64,000 bases of DNA from Octopus bimaculoides (GCF_001194135.2 NC_069004.1:22224222-22288221); one strand, 5' to 3'; positions 13,868 to 26,005 are shown, counted from the first letter of the stretch. Made by a program: numbers and translations. The notes: generated by a model not told the origin, from the sequence alone.

Positions 13868-14379
13868 GGAGAAAAATTCAAGAAGAAAAACATGTCTGGT
13901 CTTGTGACACACAAAATCCCACTGTTCAGGTAGCAAGCACTCTTCCTTGGTTATATTGACATCTTGAGAAGACTTTAGTCTATCTCAACAATCTTCTCAG
14001 GACTGCCAATCTGAACTGGGTTGCAGAGCAGGTCGCTCAGCACATATTTCACAAACATATCTGTTGTAATTGACAGTTGTGCAGTGGCTCATCCTCAGTT
14101 CTTTGAAACATGAGTAGAGGGTAAAAAAAGCAATACAGTTCTAAGAGGAAGGGTGCCACCTTCCAACAGTATATGTTTTCTCACAGGCATACACTAGTTG
14201 CATCCTTTTCAGGAGCACCACCAGCAAATTTTCCCACAAAGCATCTTGTTCATATGTCTTTTTGTACATAATTTTCTTTTAGGGATAATACCATTCCCTT
14301 GCAAGTAAGAAACCACATCCTCCTTGATTATCAATTTCTCAATCATATTTGAAAGGTTAAACGAGTTGGTTGTGGTCAT
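13868..14379 (-). pseudogene. Decayed Merlin / IS1595-ISXO2-like DDE transposase
   Basis: Manual translation: M..YLQGNGIIPKRKLC..(Zn-ribbon-like C/W-rich stretch)..CEICAE / LLCNPVQIGSPEKIVEID*S / QYNQGRVL / EQWDF..TRHVFL. This matches the IGGPGKIVEIDES..KYNRGR..EQWVFG..CFLV signature; several stops and frameshifts. Confidence 0.8.
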
Positions 14380-15815
14380 ACTTCAATTTAAGTTGAAAAA
14401 GTTCAGGAAAACACACATTTCAAAATTATGAAAATGAAGTAGTGACAGGACAAAAACTGAAAACATCTGTTCTTTTCTCAAAAAATACAGGTGAAATGAC
14501 AAAAATGAGGTAGTATAGACATTCAGAAAATAGGCACTTATCAAAGAAAATAGATAGGTAAAGACAATACATGTGGTTGTAGTAGTTTAAGCAGACTATA
14601 CCATCGTTTCCTAATATGTTAATATGGAAACAGGTACCAGTATGTCTGTGGCTTTCCATTGGCTAGAATTACCCAAAATTTATAAACTGTAAAGCTGTTA
14701 ACTTTTTATTATTAATTTGTTGCAAAAATGAATTTCATTTCCACAATTAACATACAAAACAACATCAGTACACCAATTTTGAAAACAATTGTAACAAAAT
14801 TAAAAGAATTGAAAACTGTCACAGCAACAGAAAAGATCCAAAACCTGTCTTTTTCTTTTCTTTTTTTTTTGACAAAATCAAACTGTGATGTCTCATAACA
14901 TTAGTTAGTCTAATGTTAGTCCACTAATTCAATACAGAAGTTGTCTTCTGTTTTGTAAATTCTCTAAGACAGTGACTGTATTGAACAGTAATTGTTTCTA
15001 AAATGGGCACAAAGCTTCATATTTGGGAAGAAATGGTAGTCAATACCATTGACCCCAGTACATGATTGGTATTTTGTTTTGGTAACCAAAAGGATGAAAG
15101 GTAAAGTTGACCTTGGCAGTGTTTCAATTCAGAAAGTAAAGAATCAGAATAAATACAAGTATTTTGTCAGCCCCTCTAATGAATTTGCCAATCTATCAGC
15201 CTTTAACAGTAATAAAACATTATTGTTAACACACACATACACACAAGCAAAATGCACACATACACACAATTCTTTTTCCAAAATATATTTTCACCACTCA
15301 GAAGTATTTTCAGTTGTTTGAATGTGTGTTGTTGTTGCTGTTTAATTCAAAGTCAACTATGACTAAATAAAAAAGCATTTTTGTTCAAAAACATTTAAGC
15401 TGTGACCGTGCCTTTCCTTCCCCTTTTTAGAGTAGAGTACTTTCCAAGATGTTAGCGTGTGATTTGAGAGAGATATGCCTGCTATTCCTAGCATGTCAGA
15501 TGACTACATAGAAGTTCTCTTGTAGAAAGGAGGCAACAGAGAGAAAGAGGCAGGAAGACAGAAAGTCAGAAGCAGATAACTTTGAGAGAGATGGAAGAAA
15601 GTTTTTAATACTTAAACAGCAGCTCTATGGAATGATGCAATTTCTGAAAAGATTAACCAGACTTCCTGGTTTATATATGGATATAGATATAGACAGATTT
15701 AAAGATATCCAGCAGAATGGATTGTTTTGTTTTTGTTTTGTTTTTCTTGCTGGTATTTAAAGGAAGCAAGCAAGGAAAAAGATTCTTCTAATATACCTTT
15801 TCCTCTAACTCTTTT

Positions 15816-15859
<44 letters not shown>

Positions 15860-16204
15860 TGCTAACAGAAACTCAGTCAAAATTAAGATAAAAAAACTCA
15901 CTGATATGTGAGAGATTTGTTTAGTTTTCAAAGAAGGAAAGGATATTAGATTGAATTGAGAAGCAACCAGACTATTACCCTTATATGTAAAGAAGAAAAC
16001 CATCATTCCGGTCAGGATGGGGGCAGAATACAAAATGGAAAGGAAAAATATAAAAACACAGTTAAGTAAAAATCATCTCCAAAGATCTGTAGTCCTTGTA
16101 AAATATTTTTTGTTCATTAAAAAGCCCAGTTTTTCTGCTTCACTTTATGGGTGGGCAGGCTTTCAAATGTACAGAAAACAAAAGACAGAGATAGGTGAGG
16201 GAAC

Positions 16205-16622
16205 AACAACATATATTTTTTTTACTTTTATTTGTTTCAGTCATTAAACTGCGACCATGCTGGGGCACCACCTTAAAGAATTTTTAGTCAAATCAATCGA
16301 CCCCAGAACTTAATTTTGTTAAGCCTAGTACTCATTCTATTGGTCTTTTTTTGCCACACTGCTAAGTTATGGGGACAGAAATACACCAACACCAGTTGTC
16401 AAGTGGTGGGGTGGGGAGATCAGACACAGACACAAAGACACACACACACACACACACACATGTATACAACAGGGTTCTTTCAATTTCCATCTACCAAATT
16501 CACTCACAAGACTTTTTTGTTGGCTCAAGGCTATAGCAGAAGACACTTGCTCAAGGTACCACACAGTAGGACTGAACCCAGCACTATGTGGTTGGAAAGC
16601 AAGCTTCTTACCACACAGCCAG
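16205..16622 (-). mobile_element. SINE family B, full-length, internal (AC)n
   Basis: Reverse complement of head (ggctgtgtggtaagaagcttgcttt..ggttcagtcc..gtaccttgagcaagtgtcttct) plus 3' body. Confidence 0.9.
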
Positions 16623-16848
16623 AACCTGTAAGAAAGTCATTCACAGCATTTTGTCATGGAGAAAATTTCTCACTGTTGACAAATAGGTGTAAATGCACTG
16701 TGTATCATCTACACCTATTTGTCTACAGCAGGAAATTTTCTCTGTGACAAAATACAGTGAACAGCTTTCTTATGCATTCAGATATACCTCGTGTATTTAA
16801 ACTGGTAACAAGTTTGTCCTTATACACATCACAACTTAGCACTGTCAC

Positions 16849-16882
<34 letters not shown>

Positions 16883-17474
16883 CACACTGTTTATTTGATC
16901 ACTCACTACATATAATATAATAAAAATCTAATACGATGTCTATTCATAAGAAAGCAGGGCAGTGAAATGAGAGAGATTTGGTTGATATTTCTAGCAGGTT
17001 GAGCAACCACAGAGAGGGTTTCCTCATTGTCCCTTGTATGTACAGGGGTGATCTCTAAAAGAGATAAAGACTAACATAAGGGCCAGTTATGACACATCAT
17101 TGTTTTAAAAAAAAAAAATCATAAACCCCACCAAAAAAGAAAATTTGCTTTTGTGAAATTATATTTCCCAGATGATTCATACCCTGAGCCAACCATCAGT
17201 AGCTGACCAGTTCTAGTAACTTAACATCATTCATGAAGCACCCCCTCCAACACATCAGATTCCACTTCAACTCTCACCCCCACACCAACATCCCACAAAC
17301 ACTAATGACTTCCACAACAACTGTAGCCAAAAGCTGGTGGTAGTCACTCTGATTTATGTTTCACCACTTAACACTATAATAATCACTACACTCATAAGAT
17401 AACAAGGAAGTCTATAGTCAATCAACTGCCTAGAAATAGTAGTGACATTTTCCTCAAATGAAGCCCTAACTTCT

Positions 17475-17709
17475 CTAACCCTTTAGTATTCAGATTTTTC
17501 TGTCAAATGTAAAACTTATTTAAATATTTACATTGTTTTGAATTAATTAGGCTTTATTTTGTAGTTTTGGGAATTCAATAATGTGATTATTGCATTTTTA
17601 GAATGACATTATAGGGTAGGTGTAAGAGATCAAATCTGGATGGTTTGAACATAAAAAACAGATAAAGCATTTGGGCTGGATATGGCCAGTTTAAATGCTA
17701 AAGAGGTAA
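17475..17709 (+). mobile_element. TTAA-type MITE family E
   Basis: ctaaccctttagtattcaga..ttaaatgctaaagaggtaa; terminal inverted ccctttagcatt motif. Confidence 0.8.
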
Positions 17710-17984
17710 ATGTTATCCTGTGTAATTGCATACAAAAGAATATTAAAGATTTTGCAAGTAGTTGTTAAAAATGAAGCATATGTTTGTTGTACTTATTCTT
17801 AGTTTGTTTTGCTTCATCTTATTCATTTCTTTACATCTTAATAAAGAAAGTACATTTTAAATTCATAAATGTATATCATATATTTTTATAGAGAGAAAAC
17901 ATGTCTACGTTTTGGGGTAAAAAGAAGAAAAAGTAAAGATTTTACCTTTCAAATTTTTATTGTCATATACATATAGATAAATAT

Positions 17985-18300
17985 ATCTTTTATGTTTTTC
18001 AGTCATTAGACTGCAGCCATGCTAGGATACTACCTTGAAGGGCTTAGTCAAACAAATCAATCCCAGTACTTATTTTAAAGCCTAGTACTTTTTCTATTGG
18101 TCTCTTTTGCCAAACTGCTAAGTTATGAGGGCATAAACAAACCAACACTGGTTGTCAAGTGGTGGTTGGGGACAAACACATATGCAGATACACACATATG
18201 ATGGACTTCTTTCAGTTTTTATCTACCGAATTCACTCACAAGGCTTTGGTAGGCCTAGTAGTGGGACTGAACCCAGAACTATGCGATTGGGAACCAAACT
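17985..18300 (-). mobile_element. SINE family B copy with the CORE segment partly deleted
   Basis: Homologous to 16205-16622. Confidence 0.8.
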
Positions 18301-18835
18301 CCTCACCTTCATCACATGTGTGCGCATGCACACACAGTTGTTGAAATTGAAAGGAAGTAACCTTGTAAGTAATACAAATTGAAAAGAAAACAGGATATTC
18401 CAAACAATAATCTTTTTTACTATAGGCACAAGGCCTTACATTTTGAGGGAAGGAGCTAATTGATTGCATTAATTTCAGTATTCAGCTAGTACCATTTCAT
18501 CAACCCAAAAAGGATGAAAGGTTAAGTCAACTGCACAAAAATGGTATTTCAATTTTGTACTGTAATAAAAACAAAATAATAGGAAGGTGGTGTACTATCA
18601 ATAGAGTAAAATATCTATAATGAAGTCTACTGTTTGAGGCCAAAAAAGAAAGTAGGTAGGTCTTGCTAATCATAAGTTATTGAGTTTATTTAGAGCCATG
18701 ACCTTGGCTAAAAGTGATCTTATGGAATGCCACAACTATGGCTTTTTGTAGGATAACAGTTAAAAAGAATACATTGGAGAGTATTTTCTATTTTGAAGTT
18801 AACATATAATCATTACATACACAGAGAAAAACAAA

Positions 18836-19053
18836 CAACGGGGTGCTGAAAAGTTTTTGGCTTTAAGGGTATCACAAAAGGCCCTGGATTGAGGCCCAAC
18901 CTTCCAAGTTCTTTTTCAAGGCTTAGAAAAACTGGAGGACCACTGCAATAAGTGAGTGATTCTTAGAGGAGAATATGTTGAATAAAATCATAATTAACCA
19001 ATCTTCCTGTATTTTCTTTTACCCAAAGCCAGGAACTTTTCAGGACCCCCTTG
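18836..19053 (+). mobile_element. Internally deleted mariner element (MITE) retaining the transposase C-terminus
   Basis: TIRs caacggggtgctgaaaagtttttggcttt and (reverse complement) caagggggtcctgaaaagttcctggcttt; TA after the right end. Internal frame LFQGLEKLEDHCNK*VILRGEYVE* matches the mariner C-terminal G..KL..R..KC....G.Y.E motif. Confidence 0.85.
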
Positions 19054-19168
19054 TACACATATGCCTACATAGAAACACATCAAAAATTACATATAAACAC
19101 ACACCTTCTTACACATATACAGAAACACACAAAGACACATAAAATCAGATGTTTCTTCATAAATAAAT

Positions 19169-19287
19169 CACTATGGCCATATCATCCTGAGATCACCAGC
19201 AGAGAATCCAATCAACAAATTTCAACAATGTCAAGTTTGATTAGTATTTAGATGGGTGACCACTTAAAACCAGGACTGTAAGCTTTT
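19169..19287 (+). pseudogene. 5S rRNA pseudogene or 5S-derived SINE head, 119 nt
   Basis: cactatggccatatcatcctgag..tccaatcaacaaatttcaacaatgtcaagtttgattagtatttagatgggtgacc..actgtaagctttt aligns end to end with the metazoan 5S consensus (..CCATACCAC..TCCGATCACCGAAGTTAAGCAA..TTAGTACTTGGATGGGTGACC..CTGTAGGCTT). Differences are mostly transitions; ends in a T run. Confidence 0.85.
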
Positions 19288-19289
19288 AA

Positions 19290-19420
19290 GGCTGAGTGGT
19301 CAAAACGTTTGGTCTCAAACCATTTCATCTCAGACAAGTTGTTTTCTACCATAACTTCAAATCAACTCAGACATTGTGAGTAATATTTAATAGATGGAAA
19401 CTGTGTGGAAGTTTATTGAA
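19290..19420 (+). mobile_element. Degenerate tRNA/CORE SINE head directly downstream of the 5S-like sequence
   Basis: ggctgagtggtcaaaacgtttg..catctcagacaagttgttttctaccataac..cattgtgagtaa..tagatggaaactgtgtggaag parallels the family B head, with an internal deletion. Confidence 0.6.
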
Positions 19421-19739
19421 CAGACTGTGCCTGCAATTCAAAGATTCAGCAGCATCACACATTATGCCATGTTGATTCAGACTCAGACTTTTACTAAGAG
19501 TACATATGTCAGCTTGAGTGGTAAACTTAACTCTCTCATCAAGTTTAACACCACCACCTGGTCAACGAGTGCTTTTAGTGGAGCCCACTCTATTGTAAGT
19601 ATTTAGGCTAGGTCTCTGATATCATATCTCTCCTTCCTCTCTCTCCTTCTCACAAGGCTCAGAGGCCCCTAAAAGGTCATTAGATACTGCCCTTCCCTTT
19701 CATTAAGCAATAAAAAAAAAACTCTATAGAAAACTCAAC

Positions 19740-20178
19740 TATTTGATTGCCATATTTCTGTTGAAATACACTGTCTGTCCCATTTACTTTTGAAAATAAT
19801 GAAGAATTTAGAAAAATAACTGTCATTATTAAGTTGATGGTTGGAGCATAAATTAACATGAAAGTTTACTGGACAGTCTTAGCCCTTAAGCATTCGGATT
19901 ACTCTGTCAAATGTTCTGCTTATTTATTCATATTGTTTTGAATTAATCATTAATTATCTTGTACCTTCAAGATTTTGATGATGTGATTGCTTATTTTTAG
20001 AATGACATGGTATAGGTAAGTGGGAGAGGCCAGATCTGGTCAATTTGAACATACAACAGAATATTTTGGCCAGATATGGCCAGTTTAAATGCTAATTCGT
20101 TAATAGAAATCACTTTGGAAGAGCATTTTATCATAGAACTAAGGATAGTCTTGGGAAGGCTTGTATCAAAAGGGTTAA
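19740..20178. mobile_element. TTAA-type MITE family F interrupted by a family E MITE (19879-20103)
   Basis: The right end gtatcaaaagggttaa is the reverse complement of the 25809 left end ttaacccttttgat. The E copy sits between ttag and ttaa inside the F body. Confidence 0.65.
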
Positions 20179-20336
20179 TGAGTCAGCCATCTGGTTGATC
20201 AAGCAACTAAATGCTCATCACTACATAACCTTCAATGATTAAGTCTTTCGTCCAATATTCCTTTTTCTCATAGATTTTTTTTTTATGGTAGTTTTCATTT
20301 AATTTTTCATTCATAAGCTACACTCAGGCATTAAAC

Positions 20337-20582
20337 TAAGGTTTCTAACCAGGGTTCATATAGCCCTTGGGGGTCCACATAAGATTTTGTTAAAATTTAT
20401 GTGCAATAAATTGCTTATACTTCTACAATACTTTTTTTAAATACAATTTCTAATATTTGATTATAAAAATACAGTAAGATGTTTTTTTTATATATATATA
20501 CACATCAAACAGCTATGGTGGTCCAGTAGAGTGAAATGGGAATCAAAGGGATCCACAGACAAAAAATGGTTGAGGACCACTG
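20337..20582. mobile_element. hAT-type MITE
   Basis: Right TIR ggttgaggaccactg, degenerate left TIR, flanks cattaaac / cattaaaa (7/8 TSD). Inverted homolog of 47694-47929. Confidence 0.8.
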
Positions 20583-20721
20583 CATTAAAAGCTATGGCCA
20601 TGCTGAAGCATTGCATTTAACTTCTGTTTTTCTCTTCTTTTATAATCAGTTATACTGATCACAGTACTTTGTTTAAAACTTATATTATACAAAGGATGTA
20701 ACTGAATAACACATTTGAAGG

Positions 20722-20789
20722 ACTGCTTTCATCCAATGGTAGAACATCTGCCATGTTTACAGATGTGGGCTCGTGTCCCACAGGCAGCT
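20722..20789 (+). pseudogene. Degenerate tRNA-like sequence
   Basis: Acceptor actgctt/aggcagc pairs 6 of 7; A-box-like tccaatggtagaac; T-arm gtggg-ctcgtgt-cccac. The T loop and variable region are non-canonical, so it is not a functional tRNA. Confidence 0.4.
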
Positions 20790-21780
20790 TTCAACTTTTT
20801 CTATCCAAAAGGTCTTTTTAACCCTTTATATGCACATTATAGCTCATCATAGAATACAAATTATTTCACATTTTCTCAAAGTTTCTAAATTCTTACGACA
20901 TCAACAAAGTGTTTGTCTAACACTCTCCTGATGTTGGCTTTCCATTAATACCAAAAAATGCATTAAAACAGCTGCAATACTTTAACAGAATTAAATGAAT
21001 GAAATTCAGAGAATAAGATAAGTGTGTTACAATGAACTCTGACATTTTGAGCAGTGCCCTTCTTTAAAGAAAATATTGGAAAAACTCACTGGAAGCTATG
21101 ATGTAATAGCATTTGTTTACATAAGTACATCAGAGAAGAGGAGTAATGTCCTACAATCTTTGAATACCTCCCTAAGTGGTAGAACTGTGTAGTTAATGCT
21201 CAAACTGGCAAGAAACAGTGGGAAGCCTAGCTTCAATGGTAGTAACAGAGTTAATCATGTTAAAGAAACCCAAGGACCACATAATGGTACTTAAACATAT
21301 TAGGCTGAACACACTAAGACATACACATGCATATGTACATATACACACATTACATATCTAAATATACATAACTACATACACACACACAAATGTATACTTG
21401 CATACATTTAGGTGGTGAATTGGCACAGTCATTAGAGCATCAAATGAAACATTATATATTCTGAGTTCAAATCCACTATGGTGCATATATTAACATTTAA
21501 ATGTACATACCAGAGTCTATATATTTCTCTCTGCAAATGTGTATATTGTGTGACTGTTCTTCAATACATATACATACTTCATCATTAACCTATCTCATTG
21601 GATCAAACATGTATAACTGCTATATATGTACCTACATATCACTTAAGTACCATGCATAAAATTCTTGGCCCAAGGGCTGCTTTGTAATTCCTGATGATTA
21701 AAATTTAAAAAATAATTTGTATACTCATGTTTTGCAGTCTATCTATCTTGTTTGCATTATCAAACCTATAATATACATAT

Positions 21781-22350
21781 TATTACCTCCACCTTTGCTA
21801 AGGCAGAGGTATTGTTTTCAGTCGTGTTTGTTTGTTTGTCCATGGACAAGATATCTCAAGAACCGCTGGATGGATTCAGACAAAACTTTCTGGGATGTTT
21901 GGCTGGCACGAACTGATTAGATTTTGGGATCAATCCAGCACCCAACAAGGACTCTGGATTATTTGTTATATTTACTTTACTTTACATGATTATAATCTTA
22001 CGTCAACTTTCAAGTCTTTCTCAATTATTTCCCTTTAGGCTGTAACTATTTTGAATGGTGAATTTGTTAACTTTGGCTTGTATTAGATAAGGATAAACTA
22101 TCTATTACTGTTACTAAATTTTCTACAGCCACCTTCACAGTCCATAACTACCATTGGGATTGATCAGGTACCAGACAAGGATTCTGGATTATTTTTCCAA
22201 TTTTTTGAGAGCAGTCGGGTTCATTTTTAGTATTCTCGTTTGAGAGAGCAGTCGAGTTTATTTCAGATGTTCTCATTTAAAAAATCATCTCTGGCCAATC
22301 GTTGAGAGGACGTTGGCGTTGCTTTGGCAAAGGTTTGCTCTGAGTTTCTC
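21781..22350 (+). mobile_element. Helentron-associated non-autonomous element (HINE/DINE-1-like)
   Basis: 5' tattacctccacc..ggcagaggt inverted pair, (tttg)n microsatellite, 3' ggcaaaggtttgctctgag. Inverted homolog of 30962-31331. Confidence 0.7.
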
Positions 22351-22586
22351 ATTTCTTTTATACTTTTACTTGTTTCAGTCATTTGACTGCAGCCATGCTG
22401 GAGCACTACCTTAAAAGGTTTTAGTCGAACAAATTGACTCCAGGACTTATTTTTTAAGCCAAGTACTTATTTTATCGGTCTCTTTTGCCGAACAGCTAAT
22501 TTACAGGAACATAAACATACCAATATTGGTTGTCAAGCAGTGATAGGGGGAGACAAGCAAACACAAAGACACATACACACACAAAG

Positions 22587-22619
<33 letters not shown>

Positions 22620-23254
22620 CAATGTTTGTTTTTATGTTCAGTCATAATAAAAACAATTTGACATTTAATCTGATGGGTTACACTACTTTTGTAGTGTACA
22701 AATTGATTATTATACAAGAATGTTATTGAAAGTGACTTTGAAGTTTCAGCCAGCTAAACCATCATTGGACTGTGATGCATAAGAGTTAGTCTTACCTTTA
22801 TATAAACTTTGTTGGGTTAAAATCATCTTTGGGTGTGGGGGTTTCAGTGGGATGGTAAATAGGTTTTTATGGAAAGGTGATCTGGAAGATTTTTTATTGA
22901 TTAAATTATATATACACACACAGAGTCATAATTTTTACATCTGTTTTCTCTTGCACAGTCTCACCATTTGCTGTGATCACTCATTTGTCTCCTTTAAAAA
23001 TTCAACATGTTGCAGTCAACTTTCCTCATGTTTGTCTATCTTCTTGGTATACCTATCCTGCATTTGCCCACCACCCTCAACTCACTTGGCATGGTAAGTC
23101 AACCCAACTGTCATCTTTTTACACATAAGAACTCTGTACCTGTGTAATGTACACTACATCTGATCCCTATATATATTCTGGAGGTGTGTTGGATTGTTGG
23201 TATGAGTGTTCTTGTATGTGCGGAATAGTTTTATAAGACATTCATTTGATATAT

Positions 23255-23306
<52 letters not shown>

Positions 23307-24069
23307 AAATAGTAAATGAGTATATGCATATATACGTACAAGTATGTGCATACCGACATCCACCTGTATGTATAGGTGCATATCTGGGTACAGGACATAG
23401 CAAACAAACGTAGACGAGAAAACACACGAGCCACATGAACATATTTATATATTTATATATATACACACACACACACATATACATACATACACACACACAT
23501 ATATATACACACAGAGACCCACCCACACATGCACATATAAACTGACGTAATATATATTTGCTTGTATGTATATATGTGCAGGTGTATATAATCATAATAC
23601 CTACATATATACACAAACACACAAAACATACACACAATACATACACGCACACAAAACATACACACAATACATACACACATACACACGCAGGCAAACACAC
23701 ACACACGCATACACATACACATGTGTATGTGTGTGAGTGTGTATGTAAGTATAATCATTCTACTTCTCGTAATAACATATCTAGTGAAAAGCAATCTGGC
23801 TACTTGTCCTGCTTGAGTGCAAAACCATGACTGCTTAAAAAGGTCCAAGGTAATATGAGAAATACTGAGAAAAAACACCATCTGTCTTGTGTCTGAGGAA
23901 GTGAAGCAAGGTGTGATGAAAACAGTGCAACAGATAAATAGTCAAAAAATATGTTATTGCCTCACTTCTCTATTTACCAATACAATCAACAAACTGTCTT
24001 AGAAATAGACCAAAAAAAAAATTAAAATAAATCAAATAATGGATGTAGGCTGTTGTGGAAGCTATATAT

Positions 24070-24825
24070 CTTTTATCTTTTGCTTGTTTCAGTCATTAGA
24101 TTGCAGTCATGCTGGGGAACCACTTTCAAGAAGTTTAGTCAAACAAATCAACCCCAGTACTTATGATTTTTTTAAAGCCTGGTACTTATTCTATCAGTCT
24201 CTTTTGATGAGCCACTGAGTTACGAGGACAAAGACACCAACACCAGTTGTCAAGCAGTGAATGGGGACAAGCACAGACACAAAGACACACAAACATACAC
24301 TCATATATATACAGCAGGCTTCTTCCAGTTTCTGTCTACCAAATCCACTCACAAGGCCTTGGTTGGTCCAGGGCCATAATAGAAGATACTTGCCCAAGTT
24401 GCCACTCAGTGGGACTGAACCTACAACCATGTTTGGGAAGCAAGCTTCTTACCACACAGCCATGCCTTTTATTTGTTTCAATTATTGGACTGCGACCATG
24501 CTGGGGCACTGCCTAGATGGCTTTAGTCAAATTGATCCCAGTAATTATTTTTTAAGTCTGGTACTTATTCTATCAATCTCTATTGAACCACAAAATTACA
24601 GGGACATAAACAAACCAACACTAGTTGTCAACCAGTGTGGGGAACAAACACACACACGACATATTTCCACACAATTTCCGTCTACCAAATTCACTAACAA
24701 GGAACTGGTTGGCCTAGGGCTACTGTAGAAGACACTTGCTCAAGATGCTACACAGTGGGACTGAACCTGAAACCATGTGGCTGCAAAGTAAGCTTCTTAA
24801 CCATACAGACATACCTGCACTTATG
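24070..24825 (-). mobile_element. Two tandem SINE family B copies (approx. 24070-24465 and 24468-24825)
   Basis: Both show the 3' body, an (AC)-rich spacer, and gaagatacttgcccaag / gaagacacttgctcaag (reverse complement of CORE) with ..gggactgaacc. Confidence 0.9.
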
Positions 24826-25224
24826 TAGATCTGGTACATATTAGTTTCTAATTTCAGTACATGGTTGCAAATTTAGGGAAGAGGTATAAGTGATTGTGTC
24901 ACCCTCAGTGCTTGATATAATTATTTTAGCAAGTCTTTCCGAAAAGTGAAAAGAATAGTTGATTTTGCTGGGATTTGAACCTAGATTGTTGCTGTCCCAT
25001 TGTGTTGTTGTATTAATACTTTTAATCAGAAGAGTGTGTATGTGTGTGTATGTTGGGGTGGGGGGTTAATGGAATATCTAAGATTTCCTATTAGCAATAT
25101 TGATATATACATTACATATTTGAAGCAGAAGGAATATAAAAATTAGTATCACCTACATACAAATGCACATACATTATATCTGTGAACCATATGCACACAC
25201 ACGCACACACATGCTTATTATCAT

Positions 25225-25640
25225 CATCAACACCATCATTTTAACATCCACTCTTTCATGCAAGCATGAGTCAGACAGTATTCACTGAGGCAAGATTTTT
25301 CAATACCAGGATGCTCTTCCTGTCACCAAACCTCACCTATTTCTAAACAAGGTAATATTTCCCATCAAGTATGTTTTCACAAACACTGTAAACAAAGGAC
25401 ACTGTCTGTATGACAGTGATACTTGTTTATAACTATCGCATGACATCAAGATAAGGAGACACAAACACACACAGCTACACACATACACAAAAAAAAAAAC
25501 ACACACATATACACAATGGGCATCTTCCATCAACCAAATTCATTTGTAAGGCTTTGTTCAGCCCCAGGACTATAGTACAAGGTGCCATGCATAGGGACTG
25601 AATCTGAAACCATAAGAAGCAAACTTCTAAAAAAGCATCC
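25225..25640 (-). mobile_element. SINE family C, full-length: tRNA/CORE head, microsatellite, distinct body, RTE-like tail with (GAT)n
   Basis: Minus strand: gaagtttgcttc..gattcagtccc..ggcacctt..(TG)n..cactgtcatac..gggaaatattaccttg..ggtgacaggaagagcatcc..catgcttgcatgaaagagtggatgttaaaatgatg. Related pieces at 7685-7900, 41900-42050, 42690-42950, 47445-48130, 55870-56085. Confidence 0.75.
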
Positions 25641-25808
25641 CCTTTTATGATACTCTGTCTCCTCTGCTCAGTTACATCCTCCATCTTCTTCAGGTATTAT
25701 TTTTAAAAAAAGGCTTCTACAATGCAATAGCAATAAAACCAGTGTAAAAAGACTTTTAATGTTTACGAAACTGAGGAATTGTCAAAGCCAATGTATGTTG
25801 TGCACTTT

Positions 25809-26005
25809 TTAACCCTTTTGATGCCAACCTGCCTAAGATTGCCTCCGGTTCAATAATACAAACTTCCTGTTTTAAAGTGATCTAAACTAAAATCTTCCAT
25901 CAAAATTCCATAATATGTTCAAAACATCAACTTAATAATGACAATTATTTTCCTAAATTTTTCATTATTTCCAAAATTTATTGAAACAAAGACACTGTAT
26001 TTCAA
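25809..26005 (+). mobile_element. TTAA-type MITE family F, partial
   Basis: ttaacccttttgatgccaacctgcctaag..; body shared with 53180-53341 and (inverted) 19740-19878. Confidence 0.6.
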
